DNA of 64,000 nt from Sedimentisphaerales bacterium (GTDB lineage: Bacteria; Planctomycetota; Phycisphaerae; Sedimentisphaerales; Anaerobacaceae): assembly GCA_963708075.1 (NCBI GenBank), contig OY970194.1:4032001-4096000 (forward strand), given 5' to 3'. The notes under the pieces are model-generated. The model saw only the letters and a program-made list of their open reading frames with translations, searched no databases and was not told the origin of the DNA. Below are positions 1 to 10,418 of the stretch, in pieces. The number at the start of each line of letters is the position of its first letter. Within the stretch, counting starts at the first letter, position 1. The translations under genes were made by a program, and so were the position numbers.

Positions 1-581
1 GGCAACTGGTATCGCTGGGGAAAGCCCTCGATCTTATGATAGGCGGGCAGTGGCAGCGTATCCAGATCCAGCAGGTCTTTCTGAAATCCGGAGAACACGA
101 CCCGCCCATTGTCCCGATAGACCAGTCCGGCAATGCCCTGGGGACTGCCATCCGCCTCCATAAGGCTTCGCAGTGGAGTCTCCCCTTCTCCAACGACCAC
201 GGTATCCACCTCGTGGAAGTCCTGGACGATTCTCTCCCGCAAAGCTGAAACGTGCGGTCCCCCAGCGATACAGCAGGTCCCAGGGCTAAGTTCTTTGACC
301 CGGCGAAAGATGCGGGCCGCATCCAGAAAACCCGCCGTCGTGCACGTTGCCCCCACAAACTGTGGATGGTAGCGGCGCATGTAGTCATCGATCGTCTTAT
401 CTGAATCCGGGTGGGCAAAGCAGTCGATGATATCCGCACGGAAGCCGTACTGCTCCACGTACGCTGCGATGCCGGCCAGGCCCAATGGCGGCATCAGGTT
501 GGCCATGCGGGAGATGTCCCGGTCCGCCGCACGTACATCATAGCCCAGCGGGTGAATCAGCAAAATGCGTCGTGTATCCAT
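1..581 (-). CDS. Cobalamin-binding radical SAM protein, N-terminal part (runs off the left edge)
   Basis: Not in the ORF track. Translated by hand from ATG at 581: MDTRRILLIHPLGY...LMPPLGLAGIAAYV...IAGGPHVSAL...VVVGEGETPL...LDLDTLPLPAY. PPLGL, GGPH and GEGE are B12-binding-domain motifs of class B radical SAM enzymes. The CxxxCxxC motif would lie outside the window. Confidence 0.85.
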   Translation of the reverse strand, partial: MDTRRILLIHPLGYDVRAADRDISRMANLMPPLGLAGIAAYVEQYGFRADIIDCFAHPDSDKTIDDYMRRYHPQFVGATCTTAGFLDAARIFRRVKELSPGTCCIAGGPHVSALRERIVQDFHEVDTVVVGEGETPLRSLMEADGSPQGIAGLVYRDNGRVVFSGFQKDLLDLDTLPLPAYHKIEGFPQRYQL

Positions 582-611
582 ACTCAGTCGTCTCCGCCTC
601 GCTGCAATCCA

Positions 612-1974
612 TCAGACTGCATGCGACGGAAAATGAAGCATGCGCTCCCAGAGCAGCCCCTTCCATCCGAAGCCTCGAAGAATCGCCGCCGCGCACTGTC
701 CCTCATGGGGCGGGAAGATCCGATCGCGCCGGCCCGCCCAGGACTCCGTCACCTGCTGCTCCATCCATGCCTTGTCCACTGCCGGAGAAACATAGTAAAC
801 GGGCTCCAACAGCGTGTCTGTCTCCCGCAAAAGATGTTCCGCAATAGCGTGCTTGTGAAGAGGCGTCCCCGGATAGATCCGGATTCCCGAGAAGCCAAAG
901 ACAACGCAACATTCGAGACGAGCGATATTATTGAGCCCGTCCCGAACCGTCGTTGGTGTCTCCTGCGGCCCCCCGAAAATGACAAAATGGGCGGACGCGA
1001 TTTCCATCTGCACGCACATCTGATTCGTCCGCTCGACATCGGCCCATCGGAACGGCTTGCCCATCGCCTCCAACGTGGCGTCCGTCGTGGCATCGGTGCC
1101 AAATTCCACGGCATAGAGAACCGGCTCGCTTGCAGAGCGCCAGGATCTCACGGGTCAGCAGATGAGGCGACATATAGCAAGCCCATTTCACACCAAGCTC
1201 GCGAGCCGCCATTGTCTCGACCAAATCCAGGTACTGTCCCTGAGAGTCGTTGAATATTGAATCGACGAAGAACACGGTATCTACATGAAACTCTCGCTTG
1301 AGCCGTTCCAGATCGGCGATCACCGCCTCAATGTGCCGAGCACGAAACGTCGTGCCCTCCAGTTTCGGATAGGTACAATAGCAGCAATGATAGGGACAGC
1401 CGCGCTTGCTCTGGAGGCCGATGATTCCACTTTTGTCCCAGTAGAACGCTACCAGTGCCGGGTCGAAGCAGGGCGCACGCTGATAGGTTTCGCGTGGTTG
1501 CTGTTGCGTGACGGGCCAGACGGCCGGAAGGGAGCGTCCCTGTGTCACGGCCGCCACGGCATCTACAATCGAGCGTTCCCCCTCTCCCGGCACGGCCATA
1601 TCCGCGCCTACATACTGCCTCACCTCAGGAGGCATCGTCGATACGGCCGCTCCCCCGATAATGACGGGGGCTCGCGTGAAACGCCGTACCGAGGCGACCA
1701 GGTCCTTCGCTTCTTTCAATTCCCAAGCATCCTCGGATCTCACCAAGGAATCGATGCGATCAACATTGCGGATCGACACCGCCACCACCTCCGGGTCGAA
1801 TTCACGGATGGTTTGCCCCAGAAGCTCGGTCTGGCGATCGGCAACCAGCCAGTCGAATTGACGGATCTGATGGCCCGCATCCATCAGGACGCCGGCCACT
1901 GTCGCCATTCCTAAAGGGTAGACCGCGTACGGAGTATCACAGGTATTTGCTGATATGAGAAGGACTCGACTCAT
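612..1974 (-). CDS. Lipid-biosynthesis-type B12-binding radical SAM protein, +1 frameshift at about 1119-1120
   Basis: ORF 928..1974 has YPLGM, GEGE and RGCPYHCCYC (CxxxCxxC). The C-terminus continues in ORF 612..1151. Removing one base in GAGAACC (1116-1122) gives CKRAGLYAVEFGTD. Confidence 0.85.
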
Positions 1975-3242
1975 TTGTCTCCGGATTCCTTGCTTTGAAA
2001 CCGTCTTCTCGTTCGTGGATTGTACCGACGGTAGGTCCCGTCCTCCATTTCGCGCTCGATCACCCGCTGAAACAGCCGTCCCATCCGGAGTTGGTACCCG
2101 GAGTCGGCATAGAAAGTTTTCCAGGCATAGTCATACATCGCCTGCAACTCGTCTACGGACATGCGCTTCGGCCGGAAGACCACCTTGTCGGCGGTGTAAT
2201 CGGCCCAGTTGTTGCTCAAGATCCGCCCTTCTCGCTCCAGTTGCTCGCGAACCGGCGTGTGGGGAAACGGAGTCAGGACCGTGAACTCCGCAACGTCCAA
2301 CCGAATCTCGCACAGAAAATCGACGAGACGCTTGATGGAATCTACGTCATGATCGTCCGTGCCCAGCAGGACCGTGGCTTCCACACCGATCCCGTTGTCC
2401 TGCAGCATGCGAATGCGGTCGCGGATCACATCCGAGGTATCGAATACGGCCTGATACACATACCAGCAACCGGCCTCGGCCGCCAGGCGGACGATCTGCT
2501 CATCGTACAGGATCGGATGCGACACCCATTTCTTCTTCAGCGGCTTGATGGCTTGGAACAGGGACACCAGCCAATCCCGATCTTGCGCGAGAGAATTGTC
2601 AACGATAAAGAGTCGATTATTCTTGATCTGTTCGAACTCCTCGACGACTTTGTCTATCGGACGGGGTCGAAACTGCTTGCCGCCCAGGAAGGCGCTGCAA
2701 CAGGGAAAGCAGTTGAATCGGCAGCCGCGCGAGGCATGCACGAGGTCGACCATTTGGACACCGCGATAGTTGTATAATGCCCGGTCGAGAATATCCCGCC
2801 GGGCCGGCCCGATCCACTCCGTGGGCGGAGGATCGCCCATGAAATCGTACACACGCTTCAGCCGTCCGGCCTTGAGATCGTCGATGACCCGATCAAAACG
2901 CCCTTCGGCTTCTCCCAGGAAGATGGCGTCGGCGTGTTCTGCAACCTCCTCGCTGTGCAGCATCGTGGCAATTCCGCCGAAAATGACGGGCAGGCCTTTC
3001 GATCGAAACGTATCGGCGATCTCGAAGGCCCTTGGAAGCTGGCTCGTCAGCATGACCGAGATCGCCACCAGGTCCACCTCCTCCTCAAAATCGACAGACT
3101 GCACGTTATCGTCTTCGAAGATGATCTCCACGTCGTGCGGCACTGTCGCCGCGAAGACTACCGGCCCGTGGGGCGGCAGATGGAATGGGGTCTGATGCTC
3201 CAGCTTGGGCCACGTCGGATAGATCAGCTTCATCTTTATCAT
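1971..3242 (-). CDS. Cobalamin-dependent radical SAM protein
   Basis: 423 aa. N-terminal B12-like domain (IFGGIAT, LGEAEG), SRGCRFNCFPC, FIVDNS and LTPFPHTP. Overlaps both neighbours by 4 bp. Confidence 0.88.
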   Translation of the reverse strand: MIKMKLIYPTWPKLEHQTPFHLPPHGPVVFAATVPHDVEIIFEDDNVQSVDFEEEVDLVAISVMLTSQLPRAFEIADTFRSKGLPVIFGGIATMLHSEEVAEHADAIFLGEAEGRFDRVIDDLKAGRLKRVYDFMGDPPPTEWIGPARRDILDRALYNYRGVQMVDLVHASRGCRFNCFPCCSAFLGGKQFRPRPIDKVVEEFEQIKNNRLFIVDNSLAQDRDWLVSLFQAIKPLKKKWVSHPILYDEQIVRLAAEAGCWYVYQAVFDTSDVIRDRIRMLQDNGIGVEATVLLGTDDHDVDSIKRLVDFLCEIRLDVAEFTVLTPFPHTPVREQLEREGRILSNNWADYTADKVVFRPKRMSVDELQAMYDYAWKTFYADSGYQLRMGRLFQRVIEREMEDGTYRRYNPRTRRRFQSKESGDK

Positions 3243-3946
3243 TCAGAACCATTCCCATTGCCATGTGTATCGGTCAGGACCTTGCAGGCCAGCCAGACGA
3301 GGTCGGTGGCCTGCTGCGTTCCCCGCGTCAATTCCCGGCCATGCCATTGCCATGAGGCCGCCTCTGAACCTCTGTTCAGCACGAAGAATACTGCCCCGCA
3401 AGGCCCTTCCGGATCGGTGTTCAGCATCTTCGAGTCTACATCGCACCAGCCGGCTACCACTGTCTCACAGAAGCCCCATCGTATCAGATCCAGGGCAGCG
3501 TAAACCCCACCCAGATGTCCGTCTGAATCATCCACGACAAGGCTGGGGCCTGTCAAGCCGAATTGGATGGAGGCTTCGCCAAGCATCGTGCCCGGCAGGG
3601 TGTAGGCAAACAGGTTGGGGCTGGCGAGGGAACCACCTTGGGACGCCACCGTCTCGAAATATGCCAAGTCCGCTTCCTGACAGCCACGCCGTGTGCCTGC
3701 AACCATGCCAATCGTTCGCTTGTGCGTCCACTGATTCAGACCTGCGCTCCTGAGGGCCAGTGCGATCGCCCCAAATCCCGCCTTGGCATAGGAATCGAAC
3801 CGGCCAAATCGGGGGTGCACGACATCCAGGAACAATCTGCTTTTGAGGTTCGGCAGTCGTCCGGACCCGAGCGTGAACATCTCGCCAGGCTGCCCGCTGC
3901 CGACGCCGGAGGGTGTCACCCATCCGATTCCACTGATGTTCACCAT
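3239..3946 (-). CDS. Ketosynthase N-terminal-like protein (chain-length-factor type)
   Basis: MVNISGIGWVTPSG, RFGRFD and ASPNLFAYTLPG. No catalytic Cys/His/His motifs. TGATG coupling to the upstream KS. Confidence 0.8.
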   Translation of the reverse strand: MVNISGIGWVTPSGVGSGQPGEMFTLGSGRLPNLKSRLFLDVVHPRFGRFDSYAKAGFGAIALALRSAGLNQWTHKRTIGMVAGTRRGCQEADLAYFETVASQGGSLASPNLFAYTLPGTMLGEASIQFGLTGPSLVVDDSDGHLGGVYAALDLIRWGFCETVVAGWCDVDSKMLNTDPEGPCGAVFFVLNRGSEAASWQWHGRELTRGTQQATDLVWLACKVLTDTHGNGNGSE

Positions 3947-5076
3947 CACGATTCGGCACTCCTTTGCAGGATCAGGGCCGCATTGACACCGCCGAAACCG
4001 GAGTTCGTAGTCAGCAGATAGTCCCCTGAGAACGGTTGCGCCTGCGCCGATACACGTCCTTGCCCACCCGGCTCCGGGGCCCGCAGGCCTACGGTTGGTG
4101 GGATGCACTGATTCTCCAGGCTGCACAACCCCACTATCGTTTCGATTGCCCCGCAAGCGCCCAGAGTGTGCCCTATGGCCCCTTTGATGGAGTGAAACGG
4201 AGGCAATGAGCCAAAAATCGTGGAAAAGGCGGTCACCTCCATGGCATCGTTGTAGACCGATCCGGTGCCGTGGGCATTGATCGCCGCCACGTCAGACGGC
4301 TTCAACCCGGCCCGCTCCAGTGCCTGGCGGACTGCGAGGATCAGTCCTTCGCCCGTTCTCGACGGCGCGGTGATGTGATGGGCATCGGATGCAATGCCCC
4401 AGCCGACGATCCGGCCGAGGCTTCGGCGTTTGGCCTGTCGGCAAGCCCGTTCACTCATCAACAGCAGGCACGCCGCCCCTTCCCCCAACACCAAACCGTC
4501 GCGGTCTACATCGAAGGGACGACACGCCTGTGCAGACAGAGCCTGCAACGCGGAGAATCCGGAGAAGACAAATTCCGAGACGAGATCCAGCCCACAGACC
4601 AGAACCGACTCGACCTCCCCCTGCTGAATCTGCGAAGCTCCCAGCGCCAGGGCGATCGTCGCGGACGCACAAGCCGCATTGATGTTGCAGCGTCGTCCCT
4701 TCACGCCCAACCGATCCGCCACGAGATCCGCCACTTGACAGCCCAGGACGTGGTCCAGCGCCGTCCTTTGTGTACGAACCGCCCACTCCAACTGGTCGAT
4801 GCCTGCTTTCGTTGTTGCAGTGAACAATGTCGCATCGGCCGGAACCGAAGGGGATTCATCGAACAGCATCTCTATCAGCCCGCCCAACCGCGAGCTGTCC
4901 CTCTCGGCATCCAATGCAGCGATGAAACCGGCCACGCTGGATGTATAGCCCTCCGTGGCGAACCGCCGCACAGGGCCAATGCCCGTGTGGCCTGCCAACA
5001 GGCTGCGCCAAAGAGCCTCTCGTCCCATTCCCAGGGACGTCACGACTCGTGTATCCATTACATGGATCGCACTCAC
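3946..5076 (-). CDS. Beta-ketoacyl-ACP synthase (FabF/FabB family)
   Basis: NAACASA, CRPFD, INAHGTG, KGAIGHTLGA and NSGFGG give a complete C-H-H triad. GTG start overlaps the thioesterase stop. Confidence 0.92.
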   Translation of the reverse strand: MSAIHVMDTRVVTSLGMGREALWRSLLAGHTGIGPVRRFATEGYTSSVAGFIAALDAERDSSRLGGLIEMLFDESPSVPADATLFTATTKAGIDQLEWAVRTQRTALDHVLGCQVADLVADRLGVKGRRCNINAACASATIALALGASQIQQGEVESVLVCGLDLVSEFVFSGFSALQALSAQACRPFDVDRDGLVLGEGAACLLLMSERACRQAKRRSLGRIVGWGIASDAHHITAPSRTGEGLILAVRQALERAGLKPSDVAAINAHGTGSVYNDAMEVTAFSTIFGSLPPFHSIKGAIGHTLGACGAIETIVGLCSLENQCIPPTVGLRAPEPGGQGRVSAQAQPFSGDYLLTTNSGFGGVNAALILQRSAES

Positions 5077-5534
5077 GCCAGTTCCCCTCGCTTCCACTTC
5101 TGCAGGAACTCGGCAAAGAACGGCGGCGGCGTAAGAAGAACGTTCAGGTTGCAGTCCAGCATCATCTGTACCGTGCAGCCTGTACATACAAGTTGGCCGT
5201 GAGCGTTGCGAATCTCGTATTCGAAATTGATGCGTGCGGCGTCCGACCAGTGCAGGACCGCCGTGATGTCCATATCGTCCTCGAACCGCAAGGGACCCAG
5301 GTAGTCGATCTGCATCTGTCGCACCGGAACCGGGATTCGCTCCCGGATGAAATCGCTGTAGCCGATCCCATAGCGATGGCCCAGGGCCACCCGGGCATCT
5401 TCGAAGTAGCTAGGGTAACAGCCATGCCAGACAATCCCCATCGAGTCCACTTCCTCGAATCGGACGCGTCGCTGAACGGTCAGACGAAGCGCCGCCGGCG
5501 CACCGTTGATGGGCGGGAAGTACGGTTTACGCAT
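5073..5534 (-). CDS. Acyl-CoA/ACP thioesterase (4-hydroxybenzoyl-CoA thioesterase-like hot-dog fold)
   Basis: VRFEEVDSMGIVWHGCYPSYFEDAR signature. Confidence 0.88.
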   Translation of the reverse strand: MRKPYFPPINGAPAALRLTVQRRVRFEEVDSMGIVWHGCYPSYFEDARVALGHRYGIGYSDFIRERIPVPVRQMQIDYLGPLRFEDDMDITAVLHWSDAARINFEYEIRNAHGQLVCTGCTVQMMLDCNLNVLLTPPPFFAEFLQKWKRGELA

Positions 5535-5919
5535 GGCCACCTTCCTCAACATCAAACTCCAGTGTGAACACAGCGGCCTTCTCACTGCCTGCCAGCAGCG
5601 TGAAACTGCATCGCAGGCGATCATTCCGCGGCTCTTCCTGCCAGCAGACCGTCACGGGCTGGTCCGGCAGGATGGTTCTGAGAAACTTGCTCCGCTCCAC
5701 CCGTCGAAGGCGCCAGTTGCAGGCGCTGCGAACACACAGAGCACACTGTCCCGTCAACAATTGTACGAATGCCGGCAGGACCGGGTGCCCCGGAAAGTGC
5801 CCCTGGAAGCCGGTGAAGTTTTTGTCAAAGTGAAACACCAACTCATGGCTCCGCCCCCCATCCAGGGTTCGGACCTGCCTGTCTGCACATGCGAGGATCT
5901 CTTCTCGTAACGTTCGCAT
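5527..5919 (-). CDS. 3-hydroxyacyl-ACP dehydratase-like protein (FabZ/ApeI type)
   Basis: FQGHFPGHPVLPA motif and KFLRTILP. GAGGTGG RBS before ATG 5919. Confidence 0.82.
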   Translation of the reverse strand: MRTLREEILACADRQVRTLDGGRSHELVFHFDKNFTGFQGHFPGHPVLPAFVQLLTGQCALCVRSACNWRLRRVERSKFLRTILPDQPVTVCWQEEPRNDRLRCSFTLLAGSEKAAVFTLEFDVEEGGHA

Positions 5920-5926
5920 CGCCACC

Positions 5927-8326
5927 TCAGTTTGCCGGATCATGATTCTGCAGGGCGGGAATCACGAACACGGCACAGACCATAGAAGGAAGAAGGCCCA
6001 GGACAACGGTAATACCCAGTGAGAACATCGCTGGATGATGCGCCAGCGCCAGGGCCCCAAAACTGCTGATCGTGGTCAGGGCCGACGTGACTACCGACCG
6101 CTCGGCCACGCCATCACACTCTTTACAGCGATACAGCATGAATGTCCCATAGTCGATGCTGAGCCCCAGGACGAGCACTCCGGCTGCTATATTGAACAGA
6201 TTCACCCGGATGCCCAGCAATCCCATCAGGGCCAGCATCACGACAACGCCGGTGATCGACGGGAGCAGGCACAAAACCACATGCGTTAGACGCCGCAACG
6301 TCACCGCCAATACAAGCACGACCAGGCTCAGGGCCCCCAGCAAGAAACGGGTGAAATCGCGATGCAGCAACTGTCGAAGCGAGACAGCAAACTGCCTCTG
6401 TGAGACGGCCTGAGCGCCCGGCGGCAGTTCCAAGCCAGACAGGCCCGCAGCCTGATCCGCCTGGTCGCTATCGGAAACCAGGTTGATCAGGCCCAAGCCC
6501 GCCGGCTCCAACAACCACAGCGGCTCCAACAGCGGCCCAGCCGCCTTGCGGAGATCGGCAGGCCCGAAGGGCTCTCTTTCCTGTTCAATCCACTGAAGAA
6601 AGGGTATGAACGCTCCCTGCGAGAAACCCAGCGTTCGCCCGTGAGTATCGAGAGCTTCCTTCAACCGGTCCAAACGCCCTTGCTCGCGCCAGAAACGCTC
6701 CCATCGGACCAGATTGGCCGACTGTGTCGCCCGGCTGGGCAATAGCGGAGCCACGCTCACGAACTCACCCGGCCGCCGATTCGCGGACAACTGCGCATAG
6801 ACCTGCTCATTCGTCCGCAGCGCTGCCTCTTCATCTTCGTCGCGAACGACCACCAAGGCCCGACCCCGGGGATCACCCCATACATCCCGGACGCAGAACT
6901 CGTCCGCCAGAATGTCCTTGGGCATCAACCCAAAGGATCGAAGATCCCCCTCGAATGCCACGCGAAAACACCATGGCACACAGATCAGGATCGCCGCCAG
7001 CCAGGCGCCGATCACCCAACGAGAACGACCGGCCAACACCTGGGGCAACAACAACCAGTGGTCCCGCCGGCTCTGTCCAACCCAATGCGGCAGACATCCC
7101 ACGGCCAGCGCCAGGGCCACTGTCAGCCCTGCAATCGCCAAAACCGCCAATTGACGCTGGATCGGAACGGCGGACCATAAAAGGACGGCAAAGACAACGA
7201 CTGTCGAAGCGAAGGATATAACCATCGGCACCGCCAACCCCGCCATCTCCTCCTGGGGCTTGGCTCCCGGCCTGCGGAGAGCATAGAACACATGGAGCCC
7301 ATAGTCATCGGAGATCCCCAGAAGAACGGCGCCAAACCCCACCACAATAGCCGACAGCGGCGTGAACAGTCCCGCGACCACAAGCACACCTGCCAGGACC
7401 CCCAACGACGGGACGGCAAACACGAATACCGCCCGCCAGTGACGCAGCATGACCAGGAAGATCACGGCCAGACTAAGCGACGAGACCGCAAAAACCACGA
7501 TCAGGTCCCGCTTGATTGCTTTGGCATTGGCAACCGTATAGCGATGGGCACAGACTACATGGGCGAGGATCGTCTCGGGAACCGTCCGCGAGAGCACCTC
7601 GTCGAGATACTGAAGCACCTGCTCGCCACCCTTGGAATCGCCCATGGAGATCGGCGTCTCCGCGACGAGCAGGAGGTGCTTGCCGGTCGGATCGATGAGA
7701 AATCCTTGTTCGACCTGCATGTCGGGGAGCAGGGCCACGGCCCCCAACTTGCGCAGCACCTGGTTGCGAAATCCAAGGGGATCTTTGGCGAGCCATTTTC
7801 TCAACCACAGTCCCTCAGGACCGGCGAGAGCCTGAAGATCGGTCTGGAGCGTCTGAGCCACCTGCGGGGACGCGACTTGGGGCGCCAGGGCTGCCGCGTC
7901 CTCCTCTGTGAACAACTGCGGCATGTGCGCATAAAGCCAATCGATCAGATTGGCCCCCGCCTCCATGGGCAAACCACCGATCACGTTGGAAATCAGCGGT
8001 GGACCCAGCCGCTCTTCCAGAAGCGCCGCCGTCTCCATCAACAGAGAGACCTGCTCAGGCTCCCGGGCTTCCAGATCGATCAGAATGCTCCGCGTGAATG
8101 GCGCCGCTTCCAGCAGCCGATAGCTGGCCACGAACGTTGGATCGCTGTCCGGAAGCATCAGCGTGATGTCCTCCCGCATGGGCGCCCGCGCCACAATCAG
8201 GCCCCCGATCAGGGCCGACACCGCCACCACGGCGGCGTACGCCCATCGATGGCGGGATCCCACTCGATAGATCCCCCGGGCTGTCCGCGCCAACACGTTT
8301 GCTTCCACCTGTCCCAAGCGATCCAC
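5927..8326 (-). CDS. MMPL/RND-family lipid exporter
   Basis: 799 aa with two hydrophobic helix blocks, each carrying an LG(I/L)SxDYG motif, separated by large soluble loops. Confidence 0.85.
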   Translation of the reverse strand: MDRLGQVEANVLARTARGIYRVGSRHRWAYAAVVAVSALIGGLIVARAPMREDITLMLPDSDPTFVASYRLLEAAPFTRSILIDLEAREPEQVSLLMETAALLEERLGPPLISNVIGGLPMEAGANLIDWLYAHMPQLFTEEDAAALAPQVASPQVAQTLQTDLQALAGPEGLWLRKWLAKDPLGFRNQVLRKLGAVALLPDMQVEQGFLIDPTGKHLLLVAETPISMGDSKGGEQVLQYLDEVLSRTVPETILAHVVCAHRYTVANAKAIKRDLIVVFAVSSLSLAVIFLVMLRHWRAVFVFAVPSLGVLAGVLVVAGLFTPLSAIVVGFGAVLLGISDDYGLHVFYALRRPGAKPQEEMAGLAVPMVISFASTVVVFAVLLWSAVPIQRQLAVLAIAGLTVALALAVGCLPHWVGQSRRDHWLLLPQVLAGRSRWVIGAWLAAILICVPWCFRVAFEGDLRSFGLMPKDILADEFCVRDVWGDPRGRALVVVRDEDEEAALRTNEQVYAQLSANRRPGEFVSVAPLLPSRATQSANLVRWERFWREQGRLDRLKEALDTHGRTLGFSQGAFIPFLQWIEQEREPFGPADLRKAAGPLLEPLWLLEPAGLGLINLVSDSDQADQAAGLSGLELPPGAQAVSQRQFAVSLRQLLHRDFTRFLLGALSLVVLVLAVTLRRLTHVVLCLLPSITGVVVMLALMGLLGIRVNLFNIAAGVLVLGLSIDYGTFMLYRCKECDGVAERSVVTSALTTISSFGALALAHHPAMFSLGITVVLGLLPSMVCAVFVIPALQNHDPAN

Positions 8327-8382
8327 CCGTTATCTCAAAGTAATGCACGTCATGGCTACGGTCCTGCGGTCGCGAGGCCTTT

Positions 8383-8823
8383 TCACTTGGCATCCTGTGG
8401 CGCATCGGGCTGCACCCAGATCTTGAGCGTGCCGCCGGCCACGACGGCCTCTCCACACAGCACCTGTCCGTCCACAAAGTAGAAATCCCCGAAAGAGCAG
8501 GACGACTGAATCTTGATCAGGAGCTGCTGTCCTGCCGCCGGAAGGTCCTCGATATGGAAGTTCTGAGCTCCAACAAGATACCCTTTATTCGTGAGCTTAC
8601 CGGCGAGCCGGTCCCGATATCCTTGTGAGGCCGCATAGGTTTGCGCTACCAACTCCAGCAGGGCCGCCGCCTCGATCTTCCCATCCGGACCTATGCCGAC
8701 ATCTCCAACATTCAGAGTCGTCTGTGCCTCGGCGTGGTCATCTTCGACACACAGGAGCCTGTGCACCAGCCGCATAGGCGAACGGTGAAGCATGTACGTC
8801 TCCGTGTCCGCGGGCAAGCTCAT
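8383..8823 (-). CDS. Hot-dog-fold 3-hydroxyacyl-ACP dehydratase (ApeP-like)
   Basis: MLHRSPMRLV, LLELVAQT and GYLVG. Confidence 0.78.
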   Translation of the reverse strand: MSLPADTETYMLHRSPMRLVHRLLCVEDDHAEAQTTLNVGDVGIGPDGKIEAAALLELVAQTYAASQGYRDRLAGKLTNKGYLVGAQNFHIEDLPAAGQQLLIKIQSSCSFGDFYFVDGQVLCGEAVVAGGTLKIWVQPDAPQDAK

Positions 8824-10418
8824 ACCATCGATCCTCCATCGAAGTACACGCTGAGATCATCGAATAATTGACTGGAGAAGAGCAGCTTGCGGAATCTCAT
8901 GAGCTCGTCATGGAAAATCGCTTGATTGTCGTACACCTTGAAGTCCTTTGCGAGCAACTCGTAAACGCGCCGGCACCCGCTCCCAAGGCCGGGGGCATTG
9001 CGGAACGAAAGCGCCTGCATATCTGCGAGCACTTCGACGGTCAGAATATGCTTGGCGTTGCTCACCGCCTTGAACGCCTTTCTTGCCGCTACGGTTCCCA
9101 TGCTCACGACATCCTGGTTCGATGCGTTGCAGGAAATCGACAGCGTTCCCACGGGATTCGCAAGATGCCGATTTTCCGCCGTGGTTGAGGTGGCGACGTA
9201 CTGAGCCCCCATGAATCCCATGGTCAGCCCCGCCTGGCCTGCGATCAACAGCTCAGGCAATCCTTCATTGAGGTGCTTGTCCAGAAGCTTGTTGATCCGC
9301 CGTTCCGAGAGAGTGCTCATCACAGCCACCGCCATGCACAGAGAGTCCATCGCAAACGCTATGCTCTGTCCGTGGAAGTTGCCTCCGTGAATGATCTTCT
9401 CTTTTTCGGGGATGACCACGGGGTTGTCATTGACGGAATTGGCTTCCACGCAAACCGTCCTCGTCATCTGTTCGATCGTCTCCTGGACCGGAGCGAGGAT
9501 CTGGGGCGTGCAGCGAATCGAGTACACATCCTGGACATTGATGTCCGTCTCGAAGGAGACTCCTTCCGCTTTGCCCTGGCGAATACGATCGTGTAATTCG
9601 CTTCGCCGCGTTATGTTTCGTGATCCCTGGTAAAGGTGGCGTATCGTCTCTGCGATGCGCTGCTGCCCCGGATGTGGCTTGACCCGATGCAGATCCTCAT
9701 CGAAGGCATCATCGATACCGCCAAAGATCTCGAGCGCAAAGGCGGCCGTGACGGAACTCAGCGACAGCAGTTTTCTGGCTCCAAACAGTGCAAAGGCCGC
9801 CAGGGCAGTCATGGCGCTGGTGCCATTGATCAGAGCAAGACCTTCCTTGAAACTCAGCCGGAATGGCGTCAGACCCTCTGCTTTCAGGGCCTCTCCAGCA
9901 GTCGTCAACTGCCCTTTGTGAAAGACCGCTCCCTCGCCGATAATCGCCAGGGCCAGGTGGGCAAGATGCACAAGGTCCCCGGAGGCGCCGACGCTTCCAC
10001 ACTCCGGAATATATGGGGCAATACCCGCATTAATCATGTCCCGCATCAGTTCCAGCAGCGTCACTCGCACGCCGCTGTAGCCTTTGACCAGCGTGTTGAG
10101 CCGCACGGCCATAACAGCCTGCGCGATGTAGTACTTCAGAGGATCCCCCAGACCCGCCGCATGGCTGCGGATCAGATTCACCTGCAAATCGCCCAGATCA
10201 TCATCGGCGATGATCTTGTTGCACATGGGACCAAAAGAAGTGTTCACTCCGTAGATGATCCGTCGAGCAGCGACCTCCTGCTCGAGAAATGCCCGGCTTC
10301 GCCGGCATCGGTCCAGGGCCGCGGCATCCAAGGCTACCGCCTTGTCGCCAACGCCGATCGCCACAACATCGTCGATCGTCAGATCATTGCCATTGAGGAC
10401 TACTTCAGGCCGTTTCAT
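8820..10418 (-). CDS. MIO-dependent aromatic amino acid ammonia-lyase (probably Tyr/Phe type)
   Basis: YGVNTSFG, GSVGASGDL (MIO-forming ASG), KEGLALING, QDVYSIRC, HGGNFHG and NQDVVSMG. Confidence 0.92.
   Translation of the reverse strand: MKRPEVVLNGNDLTIDDVVAIGVGDKAVALDAAALDRCRRSRAFLEQEVAARRIIYGVNTSFGPMCNKIIADDDLGDLQVNLIRSHAAGLGDPLKYYIAQAVMAVRLNTLVKGYSGVRVTLLELMRDMINAGIAPYIPECGSVGASGDLVHLAHLALAIIGEGAVFHKGQLTTAGEALKAEGLTPFRLSFKEGLALINGTSAMTALAAFALFGARKLLSLSSVTAAFALEIFGGIDDAFDEDLHRVKPHPGQQRIAETIRHLYQGSRNITRRSELHDRIRQGKAEGVSFETDINVQDVYSIRCTPQILAPVQETIEQMTRTVCVEANSVNDNPVVIPEKEKIIHGGNFHGQSIAFAMDSLCMAVAVMSTLSERRINKLLDKHLNEGLPELLIAGQAGLTMGFMGAQYVATSTTAENRHLANPVGTLSISCNASNQDVVSMGTVAARKAFKAVSNAKHILTVEVLADMQALSFRNAPGLGSGCRRVYELLAKDFKVYDNQAIFHDELMRFRKLLFSSQLFDDLSVYFDGGSMV

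Noticed and set aside
1116..1122. Programmed ribosomal frameshifting or phase variation at the split genes
   Set aside because: No slippery heptamers or long simple repeats at the breakpoints, and these families are normally single ORFs.
8820..10418. Histidine catabolism gene hutH
   Set aside because: NQD rather than QEDH motif, biosynthetic context, and no hutU/I/G.
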